From Raillietiella orientalis (taxonomy: Eukaryota), in the NCBI GenBank assembly GCA_036172245.1, contig JAYWIR010000001.1, positions 4,216,001 to 4,280,000 of the forward strand: DNA of 64,000 nt. The letters are read 5' to 3'. Both the position numbers and the translations under genes were made by a program. Below, piece after piece: positions 11,200-25,137 of the stretch. The notes below the pieces were generated by a model, which worked only from the letters and a program-made list of their open reading frames with translations, ran no database searches and had not been told where the DNA came from. The first letter of the stretch is position 1. The number at the start of each line of letters is the position of its first letter.

Positions 11200-13130
11200 T
11201 ATAAAGCAAGTGCGATACGAAGAATGACACGGTACATATTAAACACATGGGTTTAAGGAAATTCCTTTCCTCGTTCTTTTCAAAACTTGGGCAAATGATG
11301 GGAGGTTACTGTAGAAAAACTTTTGTGCCACCAGGATCGCCGCAAGACGCCTTCACTATTCGTTAAATGCCTTATGGAAGACTACGGGAAAGAATCGATT
11401 CCGGGAAAGGTAATGGATTACTTGAGCAGAAAGAAAAATGACTATACAACTGCATGCGTTATAGCAGAGCTGCATTCAGACTTGCAGTCATTAGATGAGG
11501 TCCACACTCTGTGGAAAGCAGGTTAAATATTGAAGAGGGAGGCAAAAAATGAGCTGCCAAGCAGCAATACAATCAATGAATTTCAAGCAACAGCAAGGTA
11601 AATACTTGAACAGATTATATACGTCACTTAATAATTAACAGAACTTGTTAAGCAAAAGAAAAAAGCGGAACTATCAAAAGAAGAAAACCGAATCCCAAGC
11701 CTGTCGGGCAGAGTGTTTACAAGAAATCGAAGAAGAATTCAGAGAAAAGACCAGGATCTGATGCCCGACTTCATGCATAAATAAGAGTTCAGCAGCTACA
11801 TGAAAAGGCGATGAAAATGCAGGGATGCAGCTAAATCGCAGCTGAAGTCGCATCGAGATCGGTATCGGTGATGTTGAGGAGTACTCGAAAGTACATCCTG
11901 GCTGAGGAAGGCACAGAGTTCCAGCAACACAATCAACATCGCCGAAAAACAACAAGCATCTTAATGACGGCTTCTCTCCGTTGACAAAGGGAGGAAGGAA
12001 GAACATCCCCTAAGGAAACTACGGTTGGAGGAAGGACGAAATTTGATTTTATGAAGAAGAATGTTTATGGGGAATTCTTTTTCGGGAATAAAGATCATGT
12101 CGCAAATTTCAAGAAATCGCTTTCGCGAGCGCGTACCATTGCCCTCAGGGGGCAAACGCCGATAAGGAACCTTGGTTCCTGGGGATCTGATGAAAATATG
12201 AAGGATGGGAAGTGGACTCACCGGACACAAATGTTCACATACGTTCACATACGTTCGATCGTTAGCACTTGGTAGCGAAAGTGCACAACCGTTTTCTTAC
12301 GTACCAGCACTTGATCTTTGAGAGTGATTCGTGTACCATTATCTGCGATTGCTGAGTAGGAACAAAAACAGGAAAACAGGAGAATCGAAGAAAAACCAGC
12401 AAATATTTCATATTTAATAAGCACAAGTACACATGCAGGCGTAACTTAGCCTTATCCAACCGGTTATTTTAAATTAATTTCCTATCCTTTAAACAAATCA
12501 CCGTGAATCCAAGGGTGAAAGCATCACAAGTAACGATTAATCCTTCATAATTAATCAATAATCAAAACCCGATAACTGCTAACACAGGAGCATTCCAAAA
12601 AGGAATGTTCCAAAGCAATCAATTAAGATTCTTCCACTCGAAAAAAATAAGCCGAATCACGCGATCGGAGATCATCGAGTCGTTCCCACAAAGGAACCAA
12701 AAGTTGCATCATTTTAGGAGATGAATGAATTTGGGGAGAAGGGACAAATACGGAGAATCTTATTCTAAACTGAAGGATTACCTACAACGTGTTTCGATAC
12801 ATATCAAGCTAATCACATAACTAAAATGGAAATGTTCGATGCACCACGGAACTTCCAGAAACACAGCACTATGATTCTAAGGGTCCTGACGAGATCACCA
12901 CCGCTCCGTGAGAATTCCACCAATGTAGGCAGTATGAGAATTTTTTATAGATTTGGAGGAATCCGGCTTCACATTATGTTTAAAGGTGTGACCCTCCACG
13001 AAATTCTACCATGAGCTCCTGCTACCGATAATGCGTTGGAAGCCATGAGTAGAAAAATGAATATTTGCAGAAATCAATTGAGTGGCGTCCCTCCCAATTA
13101 CAAGCACCGCACTGCAAAACTCCTTCCATT
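11200..13130 (+). mobile_element. Highly decayed LINE (possibly RTE-like) endonuclease/RT remnant
   Basis: VMDYLSRKK...IAELHSDLQSL resembles the IDY...SDH endonuclease motifs. Scattered RT-like words occur downstream; many stops. Confidence 0.35.
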
Positions 13131-13412
13131 TGAATTACTCTAGGAATATTAAAAAATATTAGTGGAGAGGTTTCTATGCATTCATTTTACTTCTTCCCGT
13201 TGCCGACTAACACTAATCAATAAAAGCACAAACCAATGCATACATAGCAGCATAGAAAAACAACCAAATGAAAGTGTCCTTATTGGTAAATGGTGCTAAA
13301 TCACACAACCGGAACCCATTAATGATTCTTTTATTCAAGAACAGAACATCCAATATTGTCTGCAGAGAGAGTGAAAATAAAATGCACTTGAGATCAGCTC
13401 ATTTTGTCATCA

Positions 13413-16347
13413 TCAAGTATTCTGAATGCTTTGCTTCTCAAGTAATTGTGACAATGAACTTAGCTGGAAACCATTTAGTTACATCTCTAGTCAAAAATTA
13501 TACCTTGTCTTTAACAGTTTCTTGCTTGGATAATGGAACCATTTTTTTGAAACTAGAAAGGCAATGCTGGGCTTCATATACCCATCCATGATGATGAAGA
13601 AATACAATAAATTGTAGCAACAACTCAACACTGTTTGAATGCTGTTGAAGATCATCATACATGGCTAAGCACAGATCATTTTCACCCATTTTCATGTAAG
13701 TAGCTTGAAATCCAACATAAGGTCCAATAAACAAAAACAAAATTGATCACCTGATAGCAGCAGCAAGCCTTGTGGAAGATTTTTGCAATTTTTGAGAGCA
13801 GCTGATAGATAACATAATGCTGAAGGGTACAATTCCATGGTAAAAAACACAAGCCCAAAATTAAACAGTAACTTCCATTCCAGAGGAGAAAATGCAAGAG
13901 CAGTATGCAAACATGAAAGAGCCTATACACTAACAAAAAAAACTCTTTAATCTCACCATCAAAAGGTTATTTTTTCCATAGAAGCACATTGCTAAGTTAT
14001 TCCATAGAAGTGGTGATTGTGAAGAAATAGCAAAAGCTTGTTTGTATCTTTGGATAGCCACATCATGCTTGCATTGGCTCTATTATGAAACTCTTAAATT
14101 GGATATTGCAAATCTCATTTCAATACCTGTAGTATTATACCACTTGCTATTAACAATTCAAAATCATTGGATGAAATGGTTATAGCATTCAAGCATTCTG
14201 ATGCCATATCAATTTTCCCAAAATTTAAATATAGTAATGCCAACTGTTCAGATGCAAGGCTATTCTTAGGGTCATTTCTAGTTTCTATGAACAGCAGTGT
14301 ACTTAGCAATCATTTACATACTGAAGAATGTTTCTCAACCAGTTACGAGCTCCCCTGGCATCATTTTTCCTCATGAAGCACTCCATTAACTTTTTATACA
14401 CACATTTTTCTTCATGGAGCATGAGACAATATGAAAAATACTGAATTGCTTTTTCAAATTTTCCTAGATAGTAAAAACATAAACCTAAATATGCACATGG
14501 CTGAAATGACAGAAAGGATGCATCTTGCACTTTACCACAATAATATGATAATTTCCAGTCACATGGTCTTTTTCTTAAGGCTTCTTCCAAGCAAACACAT
14601 GCAGATGCATAGTCTCGAAGTGTAAATCTAAATAAAATATTTAGAATTAGCATTAAATAAATATTTATTTGAATTCAAAGTTCATTTAAATAAATAAATA
14701 TTTAAATTTGTGCATCATTAATTAGTTGCTTGGTGAGTGCTTCATAAAACACAAATTAAATTGCAATCTTACAATATATCAGCTTTCTGTATCACATAAA
14801 GCACACAGTTTGGCTGCAAGCATGTAATGGTATTCAACATATCCAAACTTTCTTCTATTTTTCCTTCTTCTTTCAGAATAAGTGACTTGAAATAAGAGGT
14901 TCATTCAAAATGTTAAGGATACTATTGGTTCAAATATTTGATTATAAAACTAATGGATTACATCCTTCCTTCTTTTTTAATTCTTATTCAATTAATTACC
15001 AAAAACAAATGGCAATCATCTAAAGCTGGTGTTACATAATATAAATTTTCGTTCATTGATAATTGATAAACCATTATTATGACTATGTACTTTTATAACT
15101 GACCATAAATAACTAAACTGAATACATGATGGATTTTTCATTGACGCACTACTTTCCTTGAATGAAAATCCTTTTTGAAAACAGCAGTGTCTTCAGAATC
15201 ATGGACAAATTTGTTTCATAACATGCCAAAAGCTTTCTATCCCTTTATTTCTTTGTGTCCCCCCAAAATCAAGAACATACACAGAAGTAAGGCTGATGAA
15301 TGCTTTACTTCTACAATGCATGTACTAACCAAAAGAATCTTGAAACATGATTTCATTCTGCTAAACAACCTTCAAGACAATTCCCACATTACATATTTGT
15401 TTCAAAAAAAGTTAAAATAATTAAATATTGACTGAACCTCCATTATTATTCAGTCATTGTGTTTAGTCTGAGAATTAACAAATTATAATAATAATGACCA
15501 TGAGAAGGGCTCCTGATTCATTATGAAAATGGAAAAGTTCATCATCCTATTATCTGTTTATGCTACCATTTTCTCATACTTTTACTGAATACACCAGTTC
15601 TCCTAAATCCAATGTGACATAATATAAAGAAGCCAATATTTCAATCAAAACATGTACCTATTCTTCATTCTTCAATATTTTCTCATTATTTACTAAAGTA
15701 ACGCAACCACTAGAACTTATAATAATGAAATGGTGGAAATATAACTCACAACCTATGAAAAACAATTTTCACTACTCACACACCAAAAACCTTTAATGAC
15801 GCAAAAAATTCTAACCAAAATAAACACAGAAGCTTCCATACATATACATCCTGGAGTTGTGCATAAAAAAGTCCCTGGGAAGATTCTCAAAACATCAGCG
15901 TACCTTTCTCATGTTAAAATTAATAAAGAAAAAGATAATCTCAACAAAATCGATAAGGTCAAGCATTGTGGCACGTCACCTAAATTTTGATTTGCATTCA
16001 AAAATCGGGTTTTCATTTTTTGAAAATCTCACACTCTCACTGATTTCAGTAGAATGGTGAATCAAGTTTGGTTGCTAACTCTGAATTTATTAATGCTCCA
16101 AACTGAGCTCACACACACCAATGCACTAAAATGTTTTGAGATGGGCATGCTACTTGTTAACTGTGCATGCTCAAATTCCAAAACACAAAAGCCATCCATT
16201 CACAGGTTGCATTACCTGGATTAATCCTGCAAAACCATAAGTTTTATTCGAATTCTTCATAAGCCCAGTTGATAAATTCATGGCTAGATCGGTACGTTTG
16301 CTTACATAAAGTGAATACAACAACCAATTATGATTTTGATATGCCAT
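13413..16347 (-). CDS. BBS4: Bardet-Biedl syndrome 4 protein (TPR BBSome subunit), multi-exon
   Basis: Exon 1 16347-16216 (MAYQNHNWLLYSLYV...GLIQ) and exon 2 14885-14773 (SLILKEEGKIEESLDML). Further exons encode DWKLSYYCGLCFYYLG, SPLLWNNLAMCFYGK and AFSPLEWKLLFNFGLVFFTMELYPSALCYLSAA, matching recalled BBS4 motifs in order. GT-AG introns; ends in tandem TGA stops at 13415-13407. Confidence 0.88.
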
Positions 16348-16937
16348 GCCTGACGATTGCTAGTTTAGGCCTTTACGTCTCATGGCTGCTTTCTTTGAAA
16401 AAGTGGCTGCTTGCAAGGTGAGCACCCTTACTTCTTTTTCTCCCTGCCCAAAAGTTTCCCATCCATCCCTGCTTGGCATACACAAAAAAGCTTTACCTGT
16501 CTTCCAGCCACAGCCAAGCTTCCGGCTCTTCCCAACGCACTCCGGGTCCGCAGTAGAGCGCTCGTTTCCCTGCAGAGAAACGTCGTGCAACCATTATGTC
16601 TTTGAGCATGTAATACACCATTCTTAACGAAGCACCTGTGAATTGATGATGCTTCCCCTTTCTCTCTGAAGCTTCGGAATACTTGATTTCATCCGAGAGC
16701 TCATATTCCAAACGTGGCTGAAGCAAATTTGTCGTTGGTGGATCAGATGCGTGCCAAAAGGATTTGTCGTAGGCTGCAGAATTGCCTTCACTACGGCCAA
16801 TCTTTTGCTGCACATCTGATCCTTTTTCAGCATCAGAAACGGTTTTCTGATTACAGAGATAGAGAGAGAGAAGCAGCTTACCACGTCGTAACACGGGAAT
16901 TGTGAGCTGGATCCACTTCTAGGCCACAGGGGCCGAC

Positions 16938-16987
16938 TTTCCAAGAGAATAAGTTTTCACTTTATTTCCAAGAGAATAAGTTTTCAC
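16938..16987. repeat. 27-bp-period tandem duplication
   Basis: tttccaagagaataagttttcac occurs at 16938 and 16965. Confidence 0.9.
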
Positions 16988-17953
16988 ATCGTTCATGCTG
17001 AGAGCTAGGACTGAGACAATACAGATGCACATCATAACTTGGAAATAGAACGCCTTTCTCGATATGATATGCTCCCTCGGCCCATATCGAAAACTGGCGG
17101 GAGAACCATTTAGGACTCTCACGTGCTCTTCTGCAAGGTGTTCTAAGCAACACTGAGGGTTTTGTTTGGCTTCATCGAACGAGTCACTTAGAGCCTTACT
17201 GCAAAGATCGCACGACATTGTGCTTAAAAGTATGAAGTGGTGACTTTAGTGATTTAGCAAACATCTTACAGAAAGTGCAGCATGCTCAGAAATGAGCAAA
17301 TCTTAGCAGTACTGCGGGAGGGGACGGGAGAGGGACGTTTTTGATGCCATGTAGAAACATCAATGTGACATTACCAATTTGTTAACAGAGGCAAAAGTTG
17401 CCCTCTCAAAGCAATCTCGGAATCAGGAAGATATCGTTCCAGCTCCACACAAGGAGCCGAAAAACTATCTTCAGAAAATTTCTTCGGCATCATCAATCTT
17501 TTTCTTATTTAGTCTGAGAAAATTTTACGTATGAAAAAACTGAGAAAATTTTACGATTTCATGTGAAACTTTTTCCTTGGAAATGCCACTTTGTGGACAA
17601 GAGATAGCATACTGCATTCCACGGAACGCGTGCCATTCATAACGTCTATCGCAATCTTGCTCAACGCGTACTTTCTATAAGCAGTCAGATAAAGGACGGC
17701 AAACTCTTAAAAAATGATGATATAATTTTAGACATGTCGAAGTTCCATTTTCCTTTGCTCAGTTTGAATGACTATATCAGAATATAACTATTTTGAGCAT
17801 TCTCATATGAAATAAATCCTGGCTTTTGTGAAAGTTCAATGAGAAAACACATTTATTCATGATTAGCTGAGTTCATAAGCACTAAAGTGAAGCTGAAGAC
17901 GACTGTGAACAAGCTGTTATGAAGCATGCACCAGATTCTCATGGTTACATAAG

Positions 17954-20340
17954 TTTTATCACCCAGGCACGCCGGAGCGTTTATTTAATACGAAGAAAAC
18001 AACTGGGAACACGCTGGTTCCTAACCGAAGATAAAGGAAGTTGAGGAGGAGGGTTCGCCGACACGCAAGTCGGGATATCTGAAAGTGTGGAACTGGAGAA
18101 AGGAAACAACACAACAAAAATAAGGAAGTACGGGAGGGATGGAGCAATGTGTCTTTGGGTTCACTCTGTATGCACCGAGATCAACGTACAAGAACGGGGA
18201 AAGTTACGGAGCGAAAGGACGGGGGAATCAGACAGAAAAAATAAAGGGAGATAAAGAAAAAACAAGAGTCACCAATGTCCGCCGTTCCCAACTTTCAAAA
18301 CCGGTGCTGGATGCCGGCAATCTCCTCGTTGACCTCCTCTTGCAGGTGAGGTCACCTTGCAGCCGTCCTCATGCAGGCGGCCTCCCTTTGCTGCGTGGTC
18401 GTCTCGGACACACGGCGGGCCGTAACGATGGTACGGACGCAACCCACCGTCGCGATCCCGGAGCCCGTCGAGAGTCCTCCCGGAGCGAAGAACCATTGCA
18501 GCAGGTCGCGGGCGGTGTCCTCCTGGTGCAGAAGCGCTGATGCCAGTCTCCGCCACAATCCTTGGAGGAAAGCTCCACAGTCCAAAAGCATGTGCGGGGG
18601 TGACCCTACCCACCTGCACGTGGCACAGTTCGGGGATGCAGCCCCTGTGAAAACACGGTGGGGGGAGCTCGTTGCACTGGAGTTCCCAGCACAGAAAGAG
18701 CAGCACGGCCTGTTTCCAGGACAGCGGGAACACAGATGTGTGCAAACATTGGAGAGTGACACCACAAGTCCCTCGGGAGTGACACTTCAAAGTTGACTCC
18801 ACCGAAGGAGCTTTGTTGCCAGAGTCCGCGGAGTGGCAGCATCCACTAGCTCGCGCGTCTTCCGGTCGCTAAGGAGTTTCCTCTCTCCTACGCTGATTCA
18901 GGAAAACTCAAGCAAACAAAGAAAAACAACAGAAACACTCACTGAGCCACACTGTAGATTGCAATCCGGACCGCGCTCCTCACATCTGTCACTGCACGAT
19001 CAGCCTAACACAAGGGAACTGAGGATGCAGCTCCCTTCTCCAGTCTCACTTGCATCTATGGTGAGATGTATGCGAGTGCCCAAGAAGGGACTCTTCCTCG
19101 TTTCCGGATCCCTGTCTCTTTCCTTGGCAGACCTTTGAGGATTTCTACGTCTGACGTGTCTGCGTTCTGGCGAAGCTTTCACCCCATCACGATGCCTGCG
19201 GCAAAGAGCTCCAGGGCAGCATCTGCAGAGGGATCGTTCAGGGGAATGACCCCCTCTCCTTCGAGAAGTCCCCTCGGGATCTCCGTTCTGATTTTTTTCT
19301 GCGAGCATGCCCCCCCCCCCCCAGTCGTTGAGCACTGCTCGACAGGGGAACAGGGAGAGTTGGGTTTGAGAAGTGGCGCTAAGGGATGAACCAGACACTT
19401 GATTACGGCGCCCGATGCGACGACACTCATCAGATCCCATAAAAGGTGTTGGCTGCTATGGACAGCAGGACGGTGTGTCCATGGAAGTTGGAATCCGCTA
19501 AGGAGTGTGTAAGTACTCACCTGCCGGTGCAAGCGGTCCTGAAGGTGATGGGACTCAAGCGTCGAGCCTATACTCAACCTCGAGCATCCTTGGACCGGGT
19601 GACGCTCTCCAGAATGTTCAAATCACCCACGACGGCGACGATGTCCTCGGATGCAGCCCTGCTGCGCAGAAGAGTCGGTCCATACGCGTTCACCAGGAAC
19701 AAGGCATTCGAACCCCGACGATTCGGCCGGACCATGGAGAAAAACACTTCGAGGATAATGCACACGATCTCGTTCTTCACGAGGATCACCGCCTCCTCTC
19801 TTTATCTTGTTTCTGCCGGTGCTGACGAGCAACTGGGCTTCCAGTCTTCGCTCGAGTTCAAGGCCGATCCTGTGGCCCATGGAGTGAGGTTTCCCGCCGG
19901 CACACGGCGAGCACGCTCGATTGTGAGCGTGATGTCTTCGTTTCTCCTGGTTCCACAACCCTTTGATGTTCGAGGAAGCGATCTTGAGGCACCCGGCGGA
20001 AGAAGGAGCACCAATTTTTTTTTTTTTAAGGGGTTCTGCTCTGCTCCTTCCGCTTTTGCCTTGGGAGACTGCGGTGGCCAGCTTTTCCGATGTCTCTCGT
20101 TCCCCTGTCGCTTTCGGACTCCAGATAGTCCATGCTGTCCTCGGTGGGGGGATTTCCTCTTCCCAGACGAGAGAGGAAGCCCTTGTGGTTTTCTCTGAGA
20201 GAAGCAATAAATCAAGGCTTGTTGTTGTCCCCATCTGATGAATTTGGCTTTCTCCAGATTCCAGCTGAGATCGCCGCTCCTCGCTGTTCACCGCCTTCAT
20301 GAGGATGTCTTGGACATTGCAAATTAGGAGATCCTTATTT
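17954..20340 (-). mobile_element. Chimeric L1/Tx1 element: APE endonuclease remnant joined directly to a zf-RVT region and 3' tail
   Basis: KIASSNIKGL, FLVNAYGP and VAVVGDLN lie in 19500-20000. 18004-18909 is an inverted copy of 6034-6939. Tail: aataaacgctccggcgtgcctgggtgataaaa. Confidence 0.75.
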
Positions 20341-20381
20341 CTGCTCCTGGTTGTTGTTGTTTGGGCGCACTTTCTCGATCA

Positions 20382-21800
20382 TTTTCACCCGGTCACCCTG
20401 AGGCATTCATTGTAAAAAAAAAAAAAAAATAGAAATTTCAACAATAAGTTATTCAAGAAAGCACGAGGTGGCAGCGCAGTGCCGCCACTTCCTCATGTTC
20501 CCTGCTCCAAGCAGTCGCCGGAAGAAGTTCGCGTAGGGCAATTAAGAGGAAGGGAAAGAGACAAAAAAAATCAATAAATACGAAATGGAAAAGCACTAAG
20601 ATGTCTGGGGAATGAGGGAAGATCACAGACTGCTCCCTGGTGGCCTATGCATACTCTCAAGCATGCCGGCAAGTTCCTCCCGGTTGTGCCTCAGATGCAA
20701 TCATCTAGGCGATCCTTAGGAACGAGAAGACGGATGAGGCAGCTTCTCTGTTGTTCCGGTCTCTGTCGATGAAAATTCTGGATGCTGTCATTCCTCGGAA
20801 GCAGCCCAAAACTGCCCAAGTAGCGGTTGTCGCGGCAGACGACATCCTGTCACACAAAGTGAAGACTGACGTCTGAATGAGGTCCTCGGGTGGTCTTCCA
20901 GGAAGTTCAGAGACATGGTCAAACGTCCTCGCACGCATAAGAGGACAGAGGACTCCAAAAACAGGTGCGGCAAGGTTTTCCTTACGCCGCACGTGTCCCA
21001 CTCTGGGTCCGCACTTTCCCTGGTCCAGTGCTGGAGGCACGTGTTGCATGGGATCGCCCGATGCAGTAGTCGCAACGCCGAGTTCTGCCACTCCAGGGGA
21101 AGCACGGAGCTGTGGAAGAACACTGCGGGGACCGACTCAACGTCATCTGGATGACCTACCCAACACTTTCTCCAGCGGGATTCCAGGGAGATCCGCCCAG
21201 ATGAGAATTCCTTTAGGGTGGGCGGCGGGGATGGAAGAGTCAGACAGCTGATACGCCGTCCAGCATCCTAATCTTTCCTTTCTTTCAGCAATATCGCAGT
21301 TGACTTCCCATCCTGCAGGCTGATCGCTGTCCTGGCTATCCTGCAGGGACGAGAGCGTCGCAGCAAGAAGGGTTTGCTGGTCCCACAGGGCCTTCCTCGG
21401 TGCATCATCTCCTTCAGCGAGTAGCGAGCGCAACTCGAGTGCCGCAGACGTTGCGTTTGCGTTTCCTTCAGTGTCTTCACCCACGTCTGAACTTCTTCCT
21501 GTTTCTAGGCACTGCAGTTTGTCAGCGAGCGGGAGATATTCAAGCATGATCCTGAGTTAAGGCAACGATCTGCCAAAACTGACGGGGGCATCGCGGGCAC
21601 AGCTGTGAACGAGGAACAAGGTGAGTCCTTCCGAGCCGGCTGCTTGCTTGACCAGGATCCGGGCCGGCACGCACCAACGGATGCTCCAAAACATCGCTCC
21701 CAAGGCTGCTCTTCTAAACTGAAGCTGATGCTGCATCCTTTCCAGCGTCAAGACGCCGAGTCCAACGTTCCGACGAAGATACTCCGCTACCTGTAGCTTA
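20382..21800 (-). mobile_element. 5'-truncated L1/Tx1 element (zf-RVT plus 3' tail)
   Basis: LRLLHRAIPCNTCLQHWTRESADPEWDTCGVRKTLPHLFLE in ORF 20788-21123. Tail hairpin at 20465-20491; end gaccgggtgaaaa. Confidence 0.75.
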
Positions 21801-22700
21801 TCTTCTTTCATGCCACTTTCCGCCAGCGCTTGAGAGAAGAATTTTCCTTTCTTTTGCTCTTTTTTTCTTTTTCACTCTTGGGAATCCCAGGTCGGTGACT
21901 ACACTTTGACTTTCAGTCTTCTTTTCTTCCTTCTTGTCAGCCACCTCGGGAATGAGGGGCAGATCCTGTGTGACGAGCCACTGCGAGTACCTCCAGCGTT
22001 CGCCCTTTGTGTGACCCGACGGCCTGCAGCAGTAGCACTTCTCCGGTCTTTTGCACGCGCGGGTGAGATGACTTTGCCGCCAACCCCGTGCCCGAACTGC
22101 TTGCAGCCGGCTTAGAAGGCTGGTTGCAGGCAATAGCGGACCAGTGGACGTTGCCTGACGTTGTTGTAAGTGGACGTCGATGCACACGACTGCAGGGATC
22201 TTGGCGCCATTGAATAGCCTGATGCGGACTATCGAAAAATACCTCCCTTCGAAGATGCCTCCCGTGTGTTTGCGGAACGCCATCTTCTAGTCTTCTTCGT
22301 CCTGGGAGAAGAAATTTCACACATTGTCCTGATTGGTGAGACAATTCACGCCGGTCAGGTACAATGTCATGGTGGAGATTTCTCCCACCCTACGCAGCAG
22401 CCTCCCGCTGAGCATGATGCCCTGCTCGATGAGCGTCTCCTGTAACTCCTCCTCCTTGGCATACGTTGTGAAACCAATGGCGGGTGGAAATGTTCTCTTG
22501 AACCCTCTGAAAGTCCGCATTCTTATTGCGGAGCGCGGCGTAGATGTTCCTGACGTTTGCGATCCTTAGGGTCCCCCATCTTAAAGGTCACATTTCGACC
22601 ACAGGGTCTACATTCCGCAAGAGCTTTTTCGACCGGTGTAGTTAAAAAATGGGGGACCTCGTTCACCTCGCCGTTCTTGCCGCCTCACCCCACACTATTG
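21800..22700 (-). mobile_element. L1/Tx1 ORF1 remnant (RRM-like region plus zinc knuckles)
   Basis: GFTTYAKEEELQETLIEQGIMLSGRLL...TLYLTGV and EKCYCCRPSGHTKGE. Homologous to 25524-25945 and 44600-45520. Confidence 0.7.
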
Positions 22701-22719
22701 GCCGCGGCGCGGCTGCCGC

Positions 22720-25100
22720 CACCCAGCGCCGGGACGTTTATTTCTGATAATAAACATACGAGATCCTCAAAACTAGTCACGTAAGAGGGCAATCAGATTG
22801 TGTTGCTTCAGGTCGGGGATCCCTAATGGGACGGGAGAGGGGGGAAGGAGTCATCGGGTTCCGCGAGTCTGTCCCTGTCAACCTGCAGATGATTGTGCCC
22901 ACCTCTCCTCTGTCGGCTTTTCTAGATATTTCCACCTTTGGGCTGCTCGTAGCATTCCCTTGATTACCTGGAGAACGTCTTTCTGCTGATTGTGGTGCTC
23001 GAGAAACGATCTCATAACCACTGAGCCACGGAGGAAGCACACCATGATGACGGATGATGCTTTGGAAAGACCGTCTCGCCGGAAGAATCGGCTTAAGAGA
23101 TCTCTGGAAGTCAGGTTTGGTAAGGATAGGCTTTGTGGCATTTGGTCCCATCCGTTCTGCAGATCCTGACATTCGAGCAAAAGATGTTCAAAGTTTTCTT
23201 TAATCCCACACCTTCCGCATCTGGTGTCCACTCTTCCTTGTGGGTCAACTAATATTGGACTTTCATGGAAATTCCTGCATCGTTTTGAAACATGGTCAGG
23301 GCATCCACCGCAATTTCGAGAGATCAAACAGTTTCTCCCGAAGCCTTATCCTTTGATCGCTTCTCGGCCTTTCGGCGGAGATCAAAGTGTGGTCCTTGGA
23401 TCCTGGGTTCAGTTGGAGGAGGACGGCCCGCGTAGGGCACGGGTGGCCTTGCCGTTTGGTTCAAAATCCCGAACGATCTTAAAAATAAATGCATTTGCTT
23501 ATTATATACATTAATATAAAATTTTCTATATAGATTAATGTATAGATAATATATATTATAGAGATTATAAAAATCAGTATATTTGCTTATTATGGATGCT
23601 AATATGCATATTTATATTTAGATCAATATGCATTTTTAAAAAAAAACATGTTCATTAGTATTTATTAGCATACATATTATTGATAGTAATATTATTTTAA
23701 CACATACATATGTTGATGTTTATCAACACGCATATTATTAATACAATTTTTAATATGTTTATTACATATATTTATATGTAGATTAATATATAGGTAAATA
23801 TGAATTATAAAGATTAAAAAATTAATATATGTCTCCACTACATATATTATTATATATATTGATATATAAATTAGCGTACCGACTGATGCACAAATTATTT
23901 TAGCATGCATATTTATTGGAATGCTTTGTGATATATAATGAGATATATATAGTAAAGATTATAAAAAATAAATAAAAATGTTTACTATGTACATTACTGT
24001 ATGCATATACCTATAATTCATTTAATATACATACACTGCATGAATTTATAAATATGGAATTTTAAAAAGTAAAAAATAGTGGGGAAAAATAAAAACCAAT
24101 AAACTTTAAAAAAAAATTCGTGTTTCTTTTTCCTCTCATTCTTAATAACACTCAATAAACGACACTTCCTCAGTAAATGGTGAATTCCATTTTCAGGATT
24201 TTCATCCTGCGATAAATATATATGTTTGCAGGCTGATATTTATATACTTATTTCATTTATATTCATTATATGTAGATATTACATACATACATATACTCAC
24301 TTTTTTATAATCTACAACACATATTATTATATCAATAAACATACTTCCTAAAATAGATTTTAGATTAATCTATACATAAATATGTATGTTGACATAAATA
24401 GTATTTTTTATTTCTATAATGTACATTAATTGATACGCTAATCCACATATCACATTATACATTAATATTTGTAATAAGCATATGTATTCATTTTTAAGAT
24501 CGTTCGGGATTTTGATCCTCACCGCGTCGAACGCTGGAGCAGTCATCTCCTCGGAAATGGCCACTGGCACATCTCTATAGCATGGTGCAACCATAAGCAG
24601 TCCTGTCCCTCGTGGGATCAGTTCGTCCCTAGGATCCCACAGTCGGTATTTGACTAAATGGAGCAGGAAGATCATCCTTACCCAATGAGGAAAACCATTT
24701 GGATTATCCCGTCCCTCTTCTTTGGTAATTTGCAGGAGTCTGCGCGAACGCAGTCTCCCAGCATATAAATTATGCTTGAGAGCAACCCAAGTTTGGAGTC
24801 ATCGCAGAGGTCAACCCTGCCTGGGCACAATGGCCAGGCCTCGCTCTGGAGGAATTGTCTTCGTGAACGTAGTTGTCCCCAGTCTGACCAGCCGTAGTGC
24901 GAACTTATCGAGCAACTTCCACGCAAATTCACATTCGCACATTTCTGCAGACACTTTGTCGAGTGTCCCTGCACGCAAAAGTTCAAGGCACTGAGTGTCA
25001 CTTTCTTCACACATTTCGGGATTCTTTCTCTGTTGGGGGCAGGAGTCACTAGGGAGTCTGGTGAGCAGTCCACTCACTTGGGCAACATCCTCCATCTTCT
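22720..25100 (-). mobile_element. L1/Tx1 ORF2 3' region plus tail; possibly interrupted by the TIR element at 23461-24515
   Basis: DTRCGRCGIKENFEHLLLEC in ORF 22878-23327. Tail gtttattatcagaaataaacgtcccggcgctgggtg. Continuity across the TIR element is inferred. Confidence 0.65.
23461..24515. mobile_element. AT-rich non-autonomous TIR (MITE/foldback-like) element, copy 2
   Basis: Perfect 26-bp TIR TCAAAATCCCGAACGATCTTAAAAAT at 23461-23486 and 24490-24515, extending imperfectly inward. Degenerate internal subrepeats; no ORF. Confidence 0.85.
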
Positions 25101-25137
25101 TCAACATGTAGCCGTAACTCCAGGCGGGTGCTCTGCC

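Noticed and set aside
16600-17950. Possible further decayed element upstream of BBS4
   Set aside because: No recognisable motif could be supported, only short local duplications.
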